A stretch of DNA of 64,000 nt, from the NCBI GenBank assembly GCA_964019335.1, contig OZ025660.1, forward strand, positions 186,001 through 250,000. The letters are read 5' to 3'. The notes beneath the pieces were generated by a model. The model was given only the letters and a program-made list of their open reading frames with translations, did no database searches and was not told the origin of the DNA. Source of the stretch: Diplonema japonicum (Eukaryota > Protista > Euglenozoa: Diplonemea). Every line of letters starts with the position of its first letter. Position 1 is the first letter of the stretch. The position numbers and the translations under genes were made by a program. Shown one piece after another: positions 22,349-34,731 of the stretch.

Positions 22349-25300
22349 CTACTGTTTGCTTACGGCCTGGTCGATTTTCTTTTTCCTCCACCATCTTTTA
22401 ACCCATGATTGATAGCCCTCTGCGGGGGTAGGAGCTACTAGGGCGCCCTCCCATTTTTCCGTGTCTGGTTTCACCAAGTGGGATACCTTTTCCATGGTCT
22501 CCTTGGAAATCCCCTCCGAGCTAAGAGCGGTGGAGCTAACGGGAGTGGGTGAGGTGATCTCCGAGAGATAGTTTTTGAGCTCTTCGTGACCGATTTTTCT
22601 GTATTTTTTCTTGCGGAAGGTTTCGACTGTTTCCTCAATGGTGTTGCGACAGGCACATGCTCCTGTGATGCCTTCCCCTTCCACCTTCCAGTACAGCAGC
22701 CCATGGCGAACCCCGACAACGGTGCCAGTCTTCCCTTGCCCTTTGTACTTGGAATGTGTTGCTGTTATCTTGTCGCCAAAGCGGAACCCGTAGGCGCGGA
22801 GTGCTTCCGTTCGTATGTCGAAGCGCAGCAAGCGTTTCGTGAGGTGCTGTGGGTAGAAGAAGACCGTTCCCTCTATGCCGTCGTTGATGCGCACTATCTT
22901 GTCCTCTCTGATGAACACACCGTGCAGAGGCCTCGCCACGAAGTACTTCTCGTTGTCCACTGTCCCGTCGTGGTTCCCCACAGGGTCGTCCAGCGCCACG
23001 CCAATCCAACACCCGTCATATGTATCGCCTTTCTCCGCAAACCTCGGGAACCCTATGTACTTCACGGTGCCTTGCTGTTGCTGGTTATCAGCTCGGACCA
23101 CTTTCACCCTGTCGTCCAACTGTTTTTTTTTTTTTTTTTTTGTTTCTTTTGTTGTATACCGTGATATCGTCGGGGATTTTGCTGTATTTCAACCCGGACT
23201 TGCTGCTAGCACGGGAGCCTCGAGAGCCAACAGACCGGCTGCTTCGTCTGCTGCAAATGCTGCTGTTTCCATGTGGTGTTGTGCATCTGTTCAGACCGTC
23301 AATGGACAGAGAAGGCTGGGGAGGTGTTGTGAGCATGTCGCCTGGCTCACTCACTACACTGTCCACCATAGAGGAGGCGCGGGAAGGCCGTCCGCTGGAG
23401 GCCATGTCGTTGAGGCGTGCCTTGGTGAGGGACTTGCAGCTGGACCGCCGCCCGCCAAGCGTCTCATCGTCGTCCCAGATCCCTGCGATCTCGTCTAGCT
23501 CGTCGTCGCTGATGGCGTCCCCCCACGTGTCCGTCCCTGCCGTCCCGCAGCTCACCACACTGTCGATCTCGTCATCGTCAAACATCTTCATACGCCTCTT
23601 CGTCCTCATTGGCGCAGGAGCCGGCTTCTTCTTCGTGCTCATCTCTTCCTTCATCCTGTTCGGTGCCTCCACAAACTCCTTCAAACACAGCCCCCTGTAC
23701 TGGTTCCCTGCAAGGAACAAGTCATTCAAATACACCACCAACGCCGCCAAGTCCGCGTCGCCGATCCCGTTGATCCTGCAGAACCTGGCCAGCTTCCTCC
23801 TAGCAGCACCGTACGACCTGTTGTACCCCTCCTGCAGCGCTTTGTTGATGATCAGGTTCCCAAGACGCCTCTTCTCTTGTTTTGTTTTGCAAGATTCGAA
23901 AATATTCGTGATGGGCCTGTTGCCCTCTTCCTTTACTTCCTTCTCAGGTGCCTTGTCGGACTTCCTCGAAGTGAAGGCAGCAGAGGAAACCTGTGCCTGC
24001 GGCACTTGCGTCGAGAGCTGCGGCGGCTGTGGTACCTGAACGTTGTTCTGCCTGATTGCAGCCTCGGCAGCCGCCTGGTTCCCGTAAATAGCAGCCTCAT
24101 GGAGGAGGGACGCCAGATTGAATTGCTGCTGGGGCTGGGCAGAGGTATTCGTGGGGTATTGCTGGTACTGGGGACCTGACAGTGGCGCTGACTGCGCAAC
24201 CCATTGGGCTAGGTTGGCCTGTGTCAGACCTTGGCTCTGTTGGTGCTGATGTTGGTGCTGGTGCTGATGTTGGTGCTGGTGTTGGTGCTGCTGGTGTTGA
24301 TGTTGGTGTTGGTGGTGTTGATGTTGGTGTTGATGTTGGTGCTGATGCTGTGGGTGCTGCTGTTGGTGGTGTTGATGCTGGTGCTGGTGCTGATGCTGGT
24401 GTTGGTGTTGGTGTTGGTGCTGGTGGTGATGGTGATGGTGGTGTGGCTGCTGCTGTGATGACATGGGGACGAACTGCGGTAGAGAGCTGGTGGAGCTGTT
24501 TGGATTCACATGTGTCGGTACTTGCGGCTGTTGAGTTAGTGACTGCTGCTGCGCCGGTTGCTGTGGCTGCAACTGCGGTGTCTGCGGCTGAGACTGAGGA
24601 GGCAGAGATGCAACGGGCTGGAGGGGCTGCTGCTGCGCCTCGGTGGGGTAGGTCGGAGAGGCCACCATAGGAGTAGCAGCTCCGGCAGGGGAGCCAGGGA
24701 AGGTTCCTGCGGTTGAAGACGCGGGTGTGCCAGGGAAGCCTTCGGCATAAGGGTTGTGACAGAAGGAGTTGTGGCCCTTGAAGCTGCCTTTGCTTTCGTG
24801 TAGGGGAGATGCTTGTTGTTGCTGCGCAAGGTGCGCGGTGTTGTGGACGTTGAGAGCTGCGGTGAGGCGCTCCCGTGTGCTGTCGTCAACCTTCGACTTC
24901 AGGTCTTCCATTCTCTTCTTGTAGACACCGAGCTGCTTCTTGTAGCCGACGGCAGCAAAGCCCGCTGCTTGCTCGATGCTGATGAAAAGTGTACACGCGA
25001 AGGCAGTAGCGGCAGCAGAGGGGATGTGGTCCTTGCTGACTGCGGCACCGAAGAGGGAGCGGATCATGCAGGAGTGGATGATCTTGCCACGCACAAGGCC
25101 TTCCGAGTGCAAGGCTCCTATGAAACTTCCGAGACCGATGGCTGGAGGGATCTCCCAGCAACCTTCGCTCAGTGTATTGAACGTTGCCTCGCACTGCGAC
25201 AACAGGGCCACCCTGAACCGCTTGTCCGACTCCGACTCGATGATCCCGCACAGCTTTGCACTGATCGTGGCACACTCCGGTGCAACGACCGCCCTGCTTG

Positions 25301-25463
25301 CCAGCTCCACGACCAGCACCCCCAGCGCTACAGGGGAATCTACAATTATTTTCAGTGTACCCTTCAACGCATCGGCACACTGCTCGAAATTAGCGGTGGA
25401 AAGCTCCCTGACTGGCCCTGTGGCCGTGTTCAGGGCTTGCTGAGCGGCCGCTTCCATGTTCAT
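22349..25463 (-). CDS. MIF4G domain, Q/H-rich region and CAP-Gly fusion protein; intron 23120-23159
   Basis: MIF4G: LSTANFEQ..RFRVALLSQCEATF..FIGALHSEGLV..IIHSC. CAP-Gly: GTVKYIG..WIGVALDDPVGNHDGTV..YF..HGVFI. A 40-nt GTATAC..AACAG intron joins the two ORFs in frame, and the CAP-Gly ORF lacks its own ATG. Confidence 0.8.
24235..24455 (-). repeat. Coding CAY/CAR microsatellite encoding a His/Gln tract
   Basis: Translates to HHHHHHHQHQHQ..QQ over ~70 codons. Confidence 0.9.
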
Positions 25464-25899
25464 GGTACCCTGCACAGGTGGCTTTCTTGTTTTTTCTTTG
25501 TTTTTCTCTCGAATCCAAAAAATAAAAAATGAAAAAATATTCTGTTAACTGAATCGTCCAATATTTCCTATCGGCATTCATAAAAAAAAAATCAAATTAA
25601 CATGCAAGCTCCCTGAGACGAGAGCCGCATGCCTTAAAAAGGGAAGGGGATATGGTCAGTACTAGGTATCAGTTTTGGACATATCCCGCGACTCCTCGGT
25701 GCTGTCCTCTTCAGGCGAGAGGCACGTACTTTTCCCGACCAAAGAATAAAAAAAAAGAGACAAGGATAACGTAAGGGAAGTAGAGATTTACCCCGTTAAC
25801 GCTTATATTTATTAGCCACGGGAGCGACCAATAAAGTACAAAGAAAAAAACGAAAACGAAATCGAAAAAAAAAAAAAAAAAAAGGCTAGAGGTATTGAG

Positions 25900-26322
25900 C
25901 TACCGACAGGAACTCGTGTAAATAACTGGAAACGGAATGTGGGCAGTGTGCTGGTTAGCAACAGGCAAGGGTTCCATTTCTCCCGATGGTTCATCGTCCG
26001 GTGGAGGGGCGGTGTGCAGCACGGCAGTGTTTAGAAGCGGGATACCCCGCAAGCGCTGGGCTTGTGCTTTGTCTTCGACAAGAAGCTGGGAGGTGATGCT
26101 AGCGCCTGACATGATGCTTTTAGCAAAGGCGCACTTCGGAACCACCGTGCTCCTTTGGACACCCCTCTCTCTTTTCTCTACGGCCCCACCCAATCCCAAC
26201 CCTAACCCCTTCAGCAGTTCATAACCAGTCGTGCTCTTTCTACAACTTATTTTTACATCTTCAAGGGGCGTCTCCCGTTCGTCCACAACAGGGATCTCCT
26301 CAGGACAATCAAGGATCAACAT
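25900..26322 (-). CDS. Hypothetical protein; 3' end may be spliced further
   Basis: Complex, GC-richer part of ORF 25900..26451 from ATG 26322 (MLILDCPEEIP), just after an AG; no family recognised. Confidence 0.55.
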   Translation of the reverse strand: MLILDCPEEIPVVDERETPLEDVKISCRKSTTGYELLKGLGLGLGGAVEKRERGVQRSTVVPKCAFAKSIMSGASITSQLLVEDKAQAQRLRGIPLLNTAVLHTAPPPDDEPSGEMEPLPVANQHTAHIPFPVIYTSSCR

Positions 26323-26462
26323 TAAACTGACAAGATTGACAAGGGCATGTGGGTGATGCTGTGTGGCGGGCATGAAAAGGGGGAAAACAAAAACAAAAAA
26401 CAAAATGGTGGAACGAAACATCTTTTCTTCTTGTCCCCCCCCCCCACCCACCCCAAAGAATC

Positions 26463-27046
26463 CTATTGAACAGATGAAGCTAGAGATTTTATGAGATCCG
26501 CGGAGTGGTCCGCTTTGTATCGGTCCATGTAGTACGCCTGTGGGGGGAGGGGGGGTATGTTTTTGGCTTTCTTTTTTCTTTTAGAGTTAAGAACAAGTAT
26601 ACCTTCAGCTCTTTTGTGTAGTTTTGTATAAAGGTGTCGGGGTTCAATTTTCCTTCTGTGAACTGTTTAAGAAGCGCTTCTGTAGCGGCTTCTTGTGCTG
26701 CCACTGACTCATCCATTTTGAGTTTGATTTGGTGCGGGCGAAGCTGGGAGAGAGTGACTTTCTTTTGGTACTGAGAGGCGGAGATCTCGCTGAGATGTTG
26801 GCTCATGACAGCTTTGCTCTCTTCAAGCTCCTTTTGATTCCGCTCCAGCTCAGCGCGTCTGGCTTGGTACACCGCCGCTTCTTCGTTGTTGACAAAACCG
26901 CTTTCCACGTGCGTGCAAGGTTTTGCAATCTCCGAAACGGCTTTTGTTTTGTAGAAAAACAGTTCATAGGCCTCTTCGTGTTGCATCAGCATCCGTAGCT
27001 GAGAAACCGACAGCCCTGCCAGCTCCTCCCTGGCCATATCTTGCAT
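26463..27046 (-). CDS. VPS37: ESCRT-I subunit VPS37-like (Mod(r) domain); intron 26538-26602
   Basis: LAGLSVSQLRMLM..EALLKQFTEGKLNPDTFIQNYTKELK; splicing a 65-nt GTATAC..CACAG intron gives the expected tail AYYMDRYKADH. Confidence 0.75.
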
Positions 27047-27105
27047 TCTCCTCACCTTTAAGTAGTTTTAGAAGGGGCGGGGCAGGTAAGAATAAAAGAG
27101 AAGGG

Positions 27106-27142
<37 letters not shown>

Positions 27143-27159
27143 GCCAATTCGATATCTAA

Positions 27160-28608
27160 TCAAGCAGAGTGGCCATTTTTAACAGCAGTCTCTAAAGGCA
27201 CCGAGAACAATCCTTCTATCTGCTCAAGGGTAAGCCCTTTCGTCTCTGGTAGGTATTTATACATCCAGAATGCACCGGACAGTGAAACCAAGCCGAAGAA
27301 AAAGAAGAAGAATGCCAGCAGATCGTCTATAAAAATCCGGAAGACAATGGCGATGATTCCATTGAGGAACCAGTTCGTGAAGATGGCCTGCGACTGCCCG
27401 AGGGACCGAACGGGGAGCGCAAAGATCTCGCTGTTGATGGTCCACGGCACTCCGCTGAGCCCCAGGCCGAATGAGAACAAGTATCCTCCGATGGTGATGA
27501 GCGATAGTATCTTGAAACCCCCGAGAAAAGACACCCCTAACACAGTGATGAAAGGAAACACCATGGAAGCAGATAGGATGGCAAGCTTCCTGCGTCCCAC
27601 CTTTTCCATGTAATACAGAGAAATACAAACACCCACTGCTTGGGTGATATCGCAAACCAAGGCGCCCCAAATGGCTTCTGTTTCGTTAAAACCAGCATTC
27701 TTCAGGAGCTTTGTGCTGTAGTACATCACCGTGTTGATGCCCGAGGCTTGGTTCATGATCATCATGAAGATCCCGAGGATCATGGCGCGTCGGTAGGACG
27801 CGATTTTCCAAGCGTCGAAGAATGGGACGCTGGCGAAGGACTCGCGGACCATTTGGTGCATTCCTTGCAGCTCCTGCATGCTTGCAGGGGTGACACCGTT
27901 GAACCGTTTGAACACCTCATCAGCTTCAGAGACACGCCCCCTACGTGCCAGTACACGCGGGGATTCGGGTAAATACAAAAACATGACAAGCTGTATAACA
28001 GCAGGCACTGCTGCTGCGCCCATACTGAACCTCCAATGAGGCTTGACAGCAATGTTGACAATACCTGCAAGGACCTGCCCGCACGCTACACAGAGGTCGT
28101 TTAATGTGATCATTCTGCCGCGCTTTGAAGGGGGCACGCACTCTGCGACGTATAATGGAACAGTGGTGGTAGCCAGCCCGATGGCAGCGCCGAGGACAGC
28201 TCTGCCCAAGGTCAGCGTCAGGAACCCACTTGAGAAGGCGACAATGAGCGCTCCAAACGCGTACAAGAAGCTCGACATCATAATGCTACTCCGCCTGCCG
28301 TATTCGTTGTTGATGGTTGTCGCCAACGTGCAAGCCAACGCTGCCACAATACATGTTACGCCTACAGCAATACCCGTCTGTACATCGCTGAGACCGAATT
28401 CCTCTTGTGCCCAATCAGACGCACCGCTGACCACACCTGTGTCGTACCCGAACAGCAAGAAGCCTATGCAACTTGCCATTACTACAAAACCAATGCTCCC
28501 CTCCCTCTCCTCCTCCACGATGTTGCTGTCCTGAATGTCGTCAACCACGTTCAACGGCTCCATGTCCACTTCGCACACCTCACCCATCTCGAACTCCGAC
28601 CCTGTCAT
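27160..28608 (-). CDS. MFS sugar porter, myo-inositol transporter-like (482 aa)
   Basis: Sugar-porter motifs LFGYDTGVVSGA, YGRR, LGRAVLG..VPLYVAEC..RG, PESPR, QASGINTVMYY, VPWTINSEIF, LPETKGLTLEQI. Confidence 0.95.
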   Translation of the reverse strand: MTGSEFEMGEVCEVDMEPLNVVDDIQDSNIVEEEREGSIGFVVMASCIGFLLFGYDTGVVSGASDWAQEEFGLSDVQTGIAVGVTCIVAALACTLATTINNEYGRRSSIMMSSFLYAFGALIVAFSSGFLTLTLGRAVLGAAIGLATTTVPLYVAECVPPSKRGRMITLNDLCVACGQVLAGIVNIAVKPHWRFSMGAAAVPAVIQLVMFLYLPESPRVLARRGRVSEADEVFKRFNGVTPASMQELQGMHQMVRESFASVPFFDAWKIASYRRAMILGIFMMIMNQASGINTVMYYSTKLLKNAGFNETEAIWGALVCDITQAVGVCISLYYMEKVGRRKLAILSASMVFPFITVLGVSFLGGFKILSLITIGGYLFSFGLGLSGVPWTINSEIFALPVRSLGQSQAIFTNWFLNGIIAIVFRIFIDDLLAFFFFFFGLVSLSGAFWMYKYLPETKGLTLEQIEGLFSVPLETAVKNGHSA

Positions 28609-28975
28609 TTTCCCTTTTTTTTTCTTCTTTTCTTCCCTCTCCCCTTATGAAATTTAATGTTTGTCCCTCCCACGGTTAAAAGAATGAAGGTTCAACTCAG
28701 GGAAGACTAGGGGGTTACTGTGGGAGTGCTGACGTGTGATCGGATTGCACAACGTCACCAGGGAGGGGGGGAGGGGATGTATGCAAAAAAAAAGTGGGGA
28801 GGAGAGAAACTACAAAACGGAAGTCCCTTTTTCTTTTCTTTTTTATGTCTTCTTTTTCTTTAATTCTTTAGGACTTCTCTCCTGCACCGTGTCACAAGGA
28901 CGGCCAAGATAGGGTTGGGGGGGGCAATAATACAAAGAAAGGCTACTAGATCTGTACAAATACACAAAACACGAA

Positions 28976-30964
28976 TCAGTCGTCCTCTTCTTGCTCGAAT
29001 GAAGGGGGGCTTGATGCCTTGGGACTAGCGATGGACGTGAAGCCGCCGCAGGAGGTGGAGGGGACAGAGTCGATGGAAACAGGAGCTGGCCGCTTCGCCG
29101 AGATCCTTGCCTGGATAGTGTCTAGCTCTGAGCGCATGGTGTCGACGGTAGCAGGGAGGTTCGCAAGGTCGATGACCGTGTTCAGGGCCTCAAGGGAAGT
29201 CTCTTTCACTACTTTAAGCTCTTTCTGCATGTCGTCAATGCGCAGCACAGTGCCCATAGTGTTGTCGCTAGCGTCCAGTTGCGTGTCGGGCACTGCTAAC
29301 CTCAGCTGTTCTTGGACTTCTTGTAACTCCCCTTTCAGACTTTTATCGGTGACAGCAAAACTTGCTTTCAAAGCGTCCACTTCTGAAGCCAGTTCCGCCA
29401 CGTCATCAACGAGGGGCATCAGACCTGCCTTGACCTCCTCGATGGCTTCCCGTGCGTTGAACAGAGTGTGTGGTGACGCATCCCGCAACGGGGACTGTGC
29501 CGACGCCTGCAAGCCCTCTACGGCTGCTGATATGGTTTCCATCTGCCCCTCCACCCACGCACGCGACGTGACCCTGTCCTCCTTGATCCCGTTGATCTCG
29601 CTGCTCAGATCGTTGACGGTCTTCTGCATCTCGTCACGCAGTGAGTCCACCCTCCCGTCATCAACGGGCGACGGGGGCGGCCCTCTCGACTCGTGCATCT
29701 CGCTCTTCACGACGTCAAGGTCGTTGGACATGTGGTCCGCGAGACCTTCCATCACTGTCATCTGGTCTTTCAGGATCGCGACGTCGGAGGTCACCTTCGA
29801 CGCCAGCTTGTTGAAGTCCTTCATGCTGCAGCTGGCAGTCTCGTCTTTATCCTGACTTTCGTCAGCTGCCTCCTTCAGCTTCATGACATCGGCGGACAGC
29901 ACCGTCACCTCATTCTTGAGCTCTTTCAGCATTTTATCCGAGAGCTGCGCTTTCCTGACGGCGGAGGACACAGTTTTGATTTCTTGCTGCAGGGATTCAA
30001 TTTTTGACTCCAGCGCGCGTCGCTGGCGTATGGAACCGGCGCCTGTGGGGGTGAGGGGCTCCGCGGGGGGGGTTGTTGTTGGAGGTGTTGCGGTGCCGCG
30101 CGTGGACTGAAGCGCGTCGACCGCGGCAGTGAGGGAGGTCAGGTCCTGGCGGAGGAGCGCTAGCTCACCACCCTTGCCAGCCTGCCTGGAACGCTCGACT
30201 TTTGCGGAAAGGGTAACAAGCTCAGACTGGAACTCCGTGTTGGAGGTGAGAAAGAGACTCCTTGACGCTTCGACGGAAGAACTGAGCAGCTTAAGCTCGC
30301 CCTCAATATATTCCTTGAAGGACGCGATCTCCGTAGAATGGGCATGGTGCGAAGGGAAGACCTCCTCAATGCTGAGAGGGGCACCCCTGGGAGACCGGGA
30401 GGGCGACCGGGTGTGCAGAGCAGTTTCAATCTGCCGTTGCTTCATACCAAGGTCCCGGACTGCTTTGACGATCTCGCCTTGATCATGGCGAACGGCAGCC
30501 TCGAACTGGTCCATGTTCCGCTGGTGCTGGGTGAGCGCTTCACGGCACTGCTCGATGGCGTGATAGGTAGGTGTTTGAGGTTGAGGGCCGCCTGTCCGGG
30601 ATCGGGTGGGTGAAGCCCTTATGGTGCTCTCTATTCTGTTGTCGATAAGCCGGTTGATGAGGTTGCAAATATCTTCAGCAACACCTCCTTTGCTCGGGCC
30701 GCTGCGCTGCCCTATGAGAGCGTCATACAAGTCGTGCATTCCTTGGCTACCTTGCATTGCGACAACTTCTTCAAGCATGTCTACTCTGCCTTTCGTTTCG
30801 TCCATCTCCCCGAATACCGTGCGCATGTCGTTTTCACACAGTCCTCTCAGGGTGCGCAGCTCACATCTCATCTCTCGTTTGTTTTCGTCGGTCTGTTTGA
30901 ACAACATGTCTATGGTGACCTCCCCCAAGGAAGACGCTCTCCGTGGAGAAGGTGAAGAATTCAT
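28976..30964 (-). CDS. Coiled-coil protein of unknown function (662 aa)
   Basis: Long intact ORF with heptad-rich E/L/K/Q composition and Ser/Pro linkers. Confidence 0.85.
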   Translation of the reverse strand: MNSSPSPRRASSLGEVTIDMLFKQTDENKREMRCELRTLRGLCENDMRTVFGEMDETKGRVDMLEEVVAMQGSQGMHDLYDALIGQRSGPSKGGVAEDICNLINRLIDNRIESTIRASPTRSRTGGPQPQTPTYHAIEQCREALTQHQRNMDQFEAAVRHDQGEIVKAVRDLGMKQRQIETALHTRSPSRSPRGAPLSIEEVFPSHHAHSTEIASFKEYIEGELKLLSSSVEASRSLFLTSNTEFQSELVTLSAKVERSRQAGKGGELALLRQDLTSLTAAVDALQSTRGTATPPTTTPPAEPLTPTGAGSIRQRRALESKIESLQQEIKTVSSAVRKAQLSDKMLKELKNEVTVLSADVMKLKEAADESQDKDETASCSMKDFNKLASKVTSDVAILKDQMTVMEGLADHMSNDLDVVKSEMHESRGPPPSPVDDGRVDSLRDEMQKTVNDLSSEINGIKEDRVTSRAWVEGQMETISAAVEGLQASAQSPLRDASPHTLFNAREAIEEVKAGLMPLVDDVAELASEVDALKASFAVTDKSLKGELQEVQEQLRLAVPDTQLDASDNTMGTVLRIDDMQKELKVVKETSLEALNTVIDLANLPATVDTMRSELDTIQARISAKRPAPVSIDSVPSTSCGGFTSIASPKASSPPSFEQEEDD

Positions 30965-32333
30965 GTTTTTTTTTCTTTTTCGAAAGAGCCCTGAATTTGC
31001 GATTCTTTTTTTTTTTTTGTTCCGTTTTTATTATTTTTTTTTTGTTCCATTTTAAACCCCCAGGAGACAGGGGAGAGATCGAGCTAGTTAATGGGGGAAA
31101 TATGGGAAGGGACAAAGAGGGAAAAAGAGAAAAAAAATAAAATAAACACAAAACAAAACAAAAAAAAAAAAAAGCAAATACACTGAAAGCAAAAGCAAGC
31201 CAAAAAAAAAAAGTGGGGGAAAAAAAGAGAACATTTGTTCTTTTTTTTTTCTTTCGTCCCCCTACACAAAAAAAGAAAACTAAGCGTATGGGGGGCAATA
31301 GGAAGAAATCAAAACAAAAAGTGAGAAAAAATAATGGTTTTTTTTTTGGCTTTTTTTTTTCCCTTCTCGCTTTTTGAGGGAAAAAAAAAAAAAGTGGGAA
31401 AATAGGAAAAGAAAAGGGAAAAAAAAAAAAGAAAAATGTATTGTACGAAAGATAAAGTGAATGGGGGAAGAAAAAAAAAAAAAAAAAAAACAACAACAAT
31501 AAAATGGTCGGGAGAGGGGGCATCTCTTTCTTTTCATATTTCATTTGTCGCTGTAAAAAAAAAAATTCTAGTTTTACAATTGTTCCTGCCTTCGGTGCCC
31601 CACCTTATTTCTTCCTTTTAAAGTACGAAGTTGTTCTTACAAATGCGGTACTTAAAAAAAGAGAGGTGACGACTCCAGGGGGGTGCGGGGGGGAAGAAGT
31701 TGGGAGTAATTAAAGAGAGAAGGGGAAGACTTCTACTCCTTGTTTGTTTGTTCTTTTTTTTACTATCTCACATAAAATCTTTTTAAAAAAAATGAGAAGA
31801 AAAATGCCCTACTTTCTTCCTCGGGGTAATTTACAAGAAGAAGAGGAGGAATAATAAAAAAAGAAAAAAAAAAACTTTCTTTTTAAAACAGAAAGTATTC
31901 TTTTTTTTTTTTTTTGCGCTATTGGTATGGGATCTGCTTTCTTATTTTTCCCTTCTCTTTCTCTTTTAAAACAATGGGTGAATAAATAAAGATTGGTAGA
32001 AGAAAAAAAAAAACTGTTTTCTTTTTTTTCTTTAAATTATTTTTTTTTTTTCCACGTTGTTCTTTTCCTGCCACTGTTACAACAAGTATAGTAGCAAAAA
32101 AGAACCCCGTTTTTCGAGTGGAGTGATGCAAATTGCAATCCTTTTGTTTAATTTTTTTTTTCTTTCCAAAAAAAAAAAAAATAAAAAATCGAAAGGTGTA
32201 AAACCCTGTTCGGAATGGGAGAGTGTGAATTCTTTTTTCTTTTTTTCTTTTGAATAGAAAAAAAAAAAGATTTGCAGTGATTTAATGATCAAAGTGTTTG
32301 TAGAGAGAAAAAAAAAAGAGTTTAGGAATAAAC

Positions 32334-33988
32334 CATCAATGGGCGAACTGTTGTTTGTAAGTCCGAGCCGACCTTGGACCCAATCAGAGGGAGAAGGAAA
32401 AAAAGAAAAAAGGAAGGAAAAGAATGGTACCAGAATCGAGCTCACTTTTTTTTTTTTTTTTTTTTTCTTTTTAAATTTTGCACTTTTCGTTGTTAAAGAA
32501 AAGAACGACAGCATTAACATCGAAATCGAAATAGCGGGAATAGAGGCAAAAAAAAAAATCAAGAAAAGAGTGAAGGGGGCAGGACACCATTTGAGAAAAT
32601 CCTCCTTACCTTTCTCCCCCTTCTTTTCTTCTCTCTTTCTTATCTGTTTCTTTTTCCTCTTTTCCCGACTTTAAAAAAGAAATGTAAAAGTAAATGGAAG
32701 AGACATAAAACAGAATCCTTTTTTTTTTTTATTTTATTCTTTTGGCGCTGAATATTTGGAGGGGGAAAAGTAGTATCCAGGGTTAACCGGCCACCTTCGG
32801 GGTTTTGAAAACCCCGAGTAATTTTAGATTTCTGATAAAATTGTTCGAGCTCTACAGAGCTAAAACAGGTCGAACAGGAGCAATCCAAAAAAAAGAAAAA
32901 AAATATATATTTCGGGTAAATTTATTTTGTTACGTTGTTTCGATGCTTTAGGGTCGGTTTTGCCTATCCCTGGATACCATGTAAGATGGAAAAGACAAAA
33001 AAAGAATGCTTTGTCGGTGACAAAATGGAGGAGGCGACATAAAAAAAAAAAGAGCGTGTCCACCCCATCCCCTCCCCCCACATATTTGTTTTCTTTCTTT
33101 TTTTCTTTTTTTTTTTCTTTTGACAGTGGGGTAAAAAAAAAAAAAAAAAAGAAAAAAAAATGAAACTATGTAAAGGAGAGGTAAAGGTTCTTATCCCACA
33201 ACACCCACACCGCTTACCATCACCATTTCTGGGCGAAGAAAAAAGGTTTATCGGCCCATTGCTTGGGTCCATCCTTTGCCTTCCTGTTACCCATTGCGCT
33301 GATGATGGCATCTGTGAGGGCAGGGGGGGGTGCCATCACACCTGAGACCTAGGCCTGGAGGCCTTGACTGGCCTGCTGCCCTCAAAGAAATAAGTACAAG
33401 ATGGGAGGTGAGAGGAAGGTGGGGGAATTATAAAAGAAAAAAAAAAGAAAGAAAAGTAGCGCGTGCTGTGCTGCGTGTGTTCAGGAATAAAAATAAATCC
33501 GAGAATGAAGAAAATTAATGAAGACAGCAACATGCCACTCTTCTTCTTTTTCGAAAAAAAAAAGGGAGGGGGGAACGAGAGTGTAAAAAACTAGACATTT
33601 CAAAAAAAAAAGTTCGCACTTTTTCTCCCCCCCCCCCCCCTCTTTTCCCCACTAATATGCATTTCAAAGATATCGTCTTTGCAAAAACAAAAACAAAAAG
33701 GGAAAAAAAAAACATTTAGGCCTTGCTATCGCCTAAAAGGGATTTTTATCTTCTACTCATTGTCCAGAGAAAGAAGAAGAAGAAGAAAAAAAAAAGAGAT
33801 GAGATAAAGGAGGTTCCTGTTTTGGAACGTCCCCCTTGTCTCTACTTATCTACCCCTTTCTCCCTTCTGGGGCCTCGGCCTTTCTTTCTTTTTTGGCTGT
33901 GTTGCCTTTCTCAAAGTATCCTCCCTTTCTTCTTGCCACTTTCTGCCCAGTTTCTTAAGGTCCTTCTTGGTTTTCTCTGATGCAAAAA
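32334..33988 (-). CDS. Candidate cryptic micro-exon gene, partial model
   Basis: Phase-compatible AG..GT-bounded exons 33380-33342, 33311-33218, 32969-32934, 32851-32795 and 32372-32334; a further open exon from 33988 (FASEKTKKDLKKLGRKWQEERE..). Confidence 0.4.
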
Positions 33989-34731
33989 CTGGCAAAAAAG
34001 AAGAAGAAGAAAACCAACTACTTATTCTTATTATATTTGCAAAAACAACCTTCTTGTTCTTTTTTTAAAAAACCTTCTTTGAGCGCTAGCTGGGCGAAAA
34101 TATCAAAAAGATAAATAGCATTCAGTATGTGATGGGATGGGGGGGGGGGGGGGGGGGGAAGAGCATGTAACTTATTACCCAAAAGAAAATCCCCCAGCAA
34201 AAAAAAGAAAAAAAGCTAGGGGTGAGGGAGATAAGAGGGGACCAAAGCGAGGAATAAAAAAAAATTGTTTTTTTTTTTCGTTAAAAGAAATCGAAAGGAA
34301 AAAAAGAAGAGAAAATAATAGAAAGGGGGGAATGCGAAAAGAAAAAAAAAATAGCCAAAAAAAATAGAGAGAAAAAACACTGAAAATAAAAGGTTGAAAA
34401 ATAAAGAGGGGAGTGGTGGTGCAGGAAAAAAAAAAGCAAGGTAAGGGGATTAAAAAATAATCTTTTTTTCTTTTTTTCCGGGAGGGGGGGGGGGGGGGGG
34501 GTTTCTTCTGTTCCTTGTATATCACAATGTAGATTCTTTTTGGCATTGCAGCATGCATCATGATCCCTGCAAACCAAAGCAAAAACGTTTTAAAAAAAAG
34601 GAAAAAAAAGAGGGATGGTATGGGGGGAGAAGTTGAATAAAATAAATAAATAAATAAAAAAAGATAATAAAAAAAAAGATGTCTTTGAGGGAACCTGCAG
34701 TATGTGACAGGATCGCCTAACGACAATCAAC

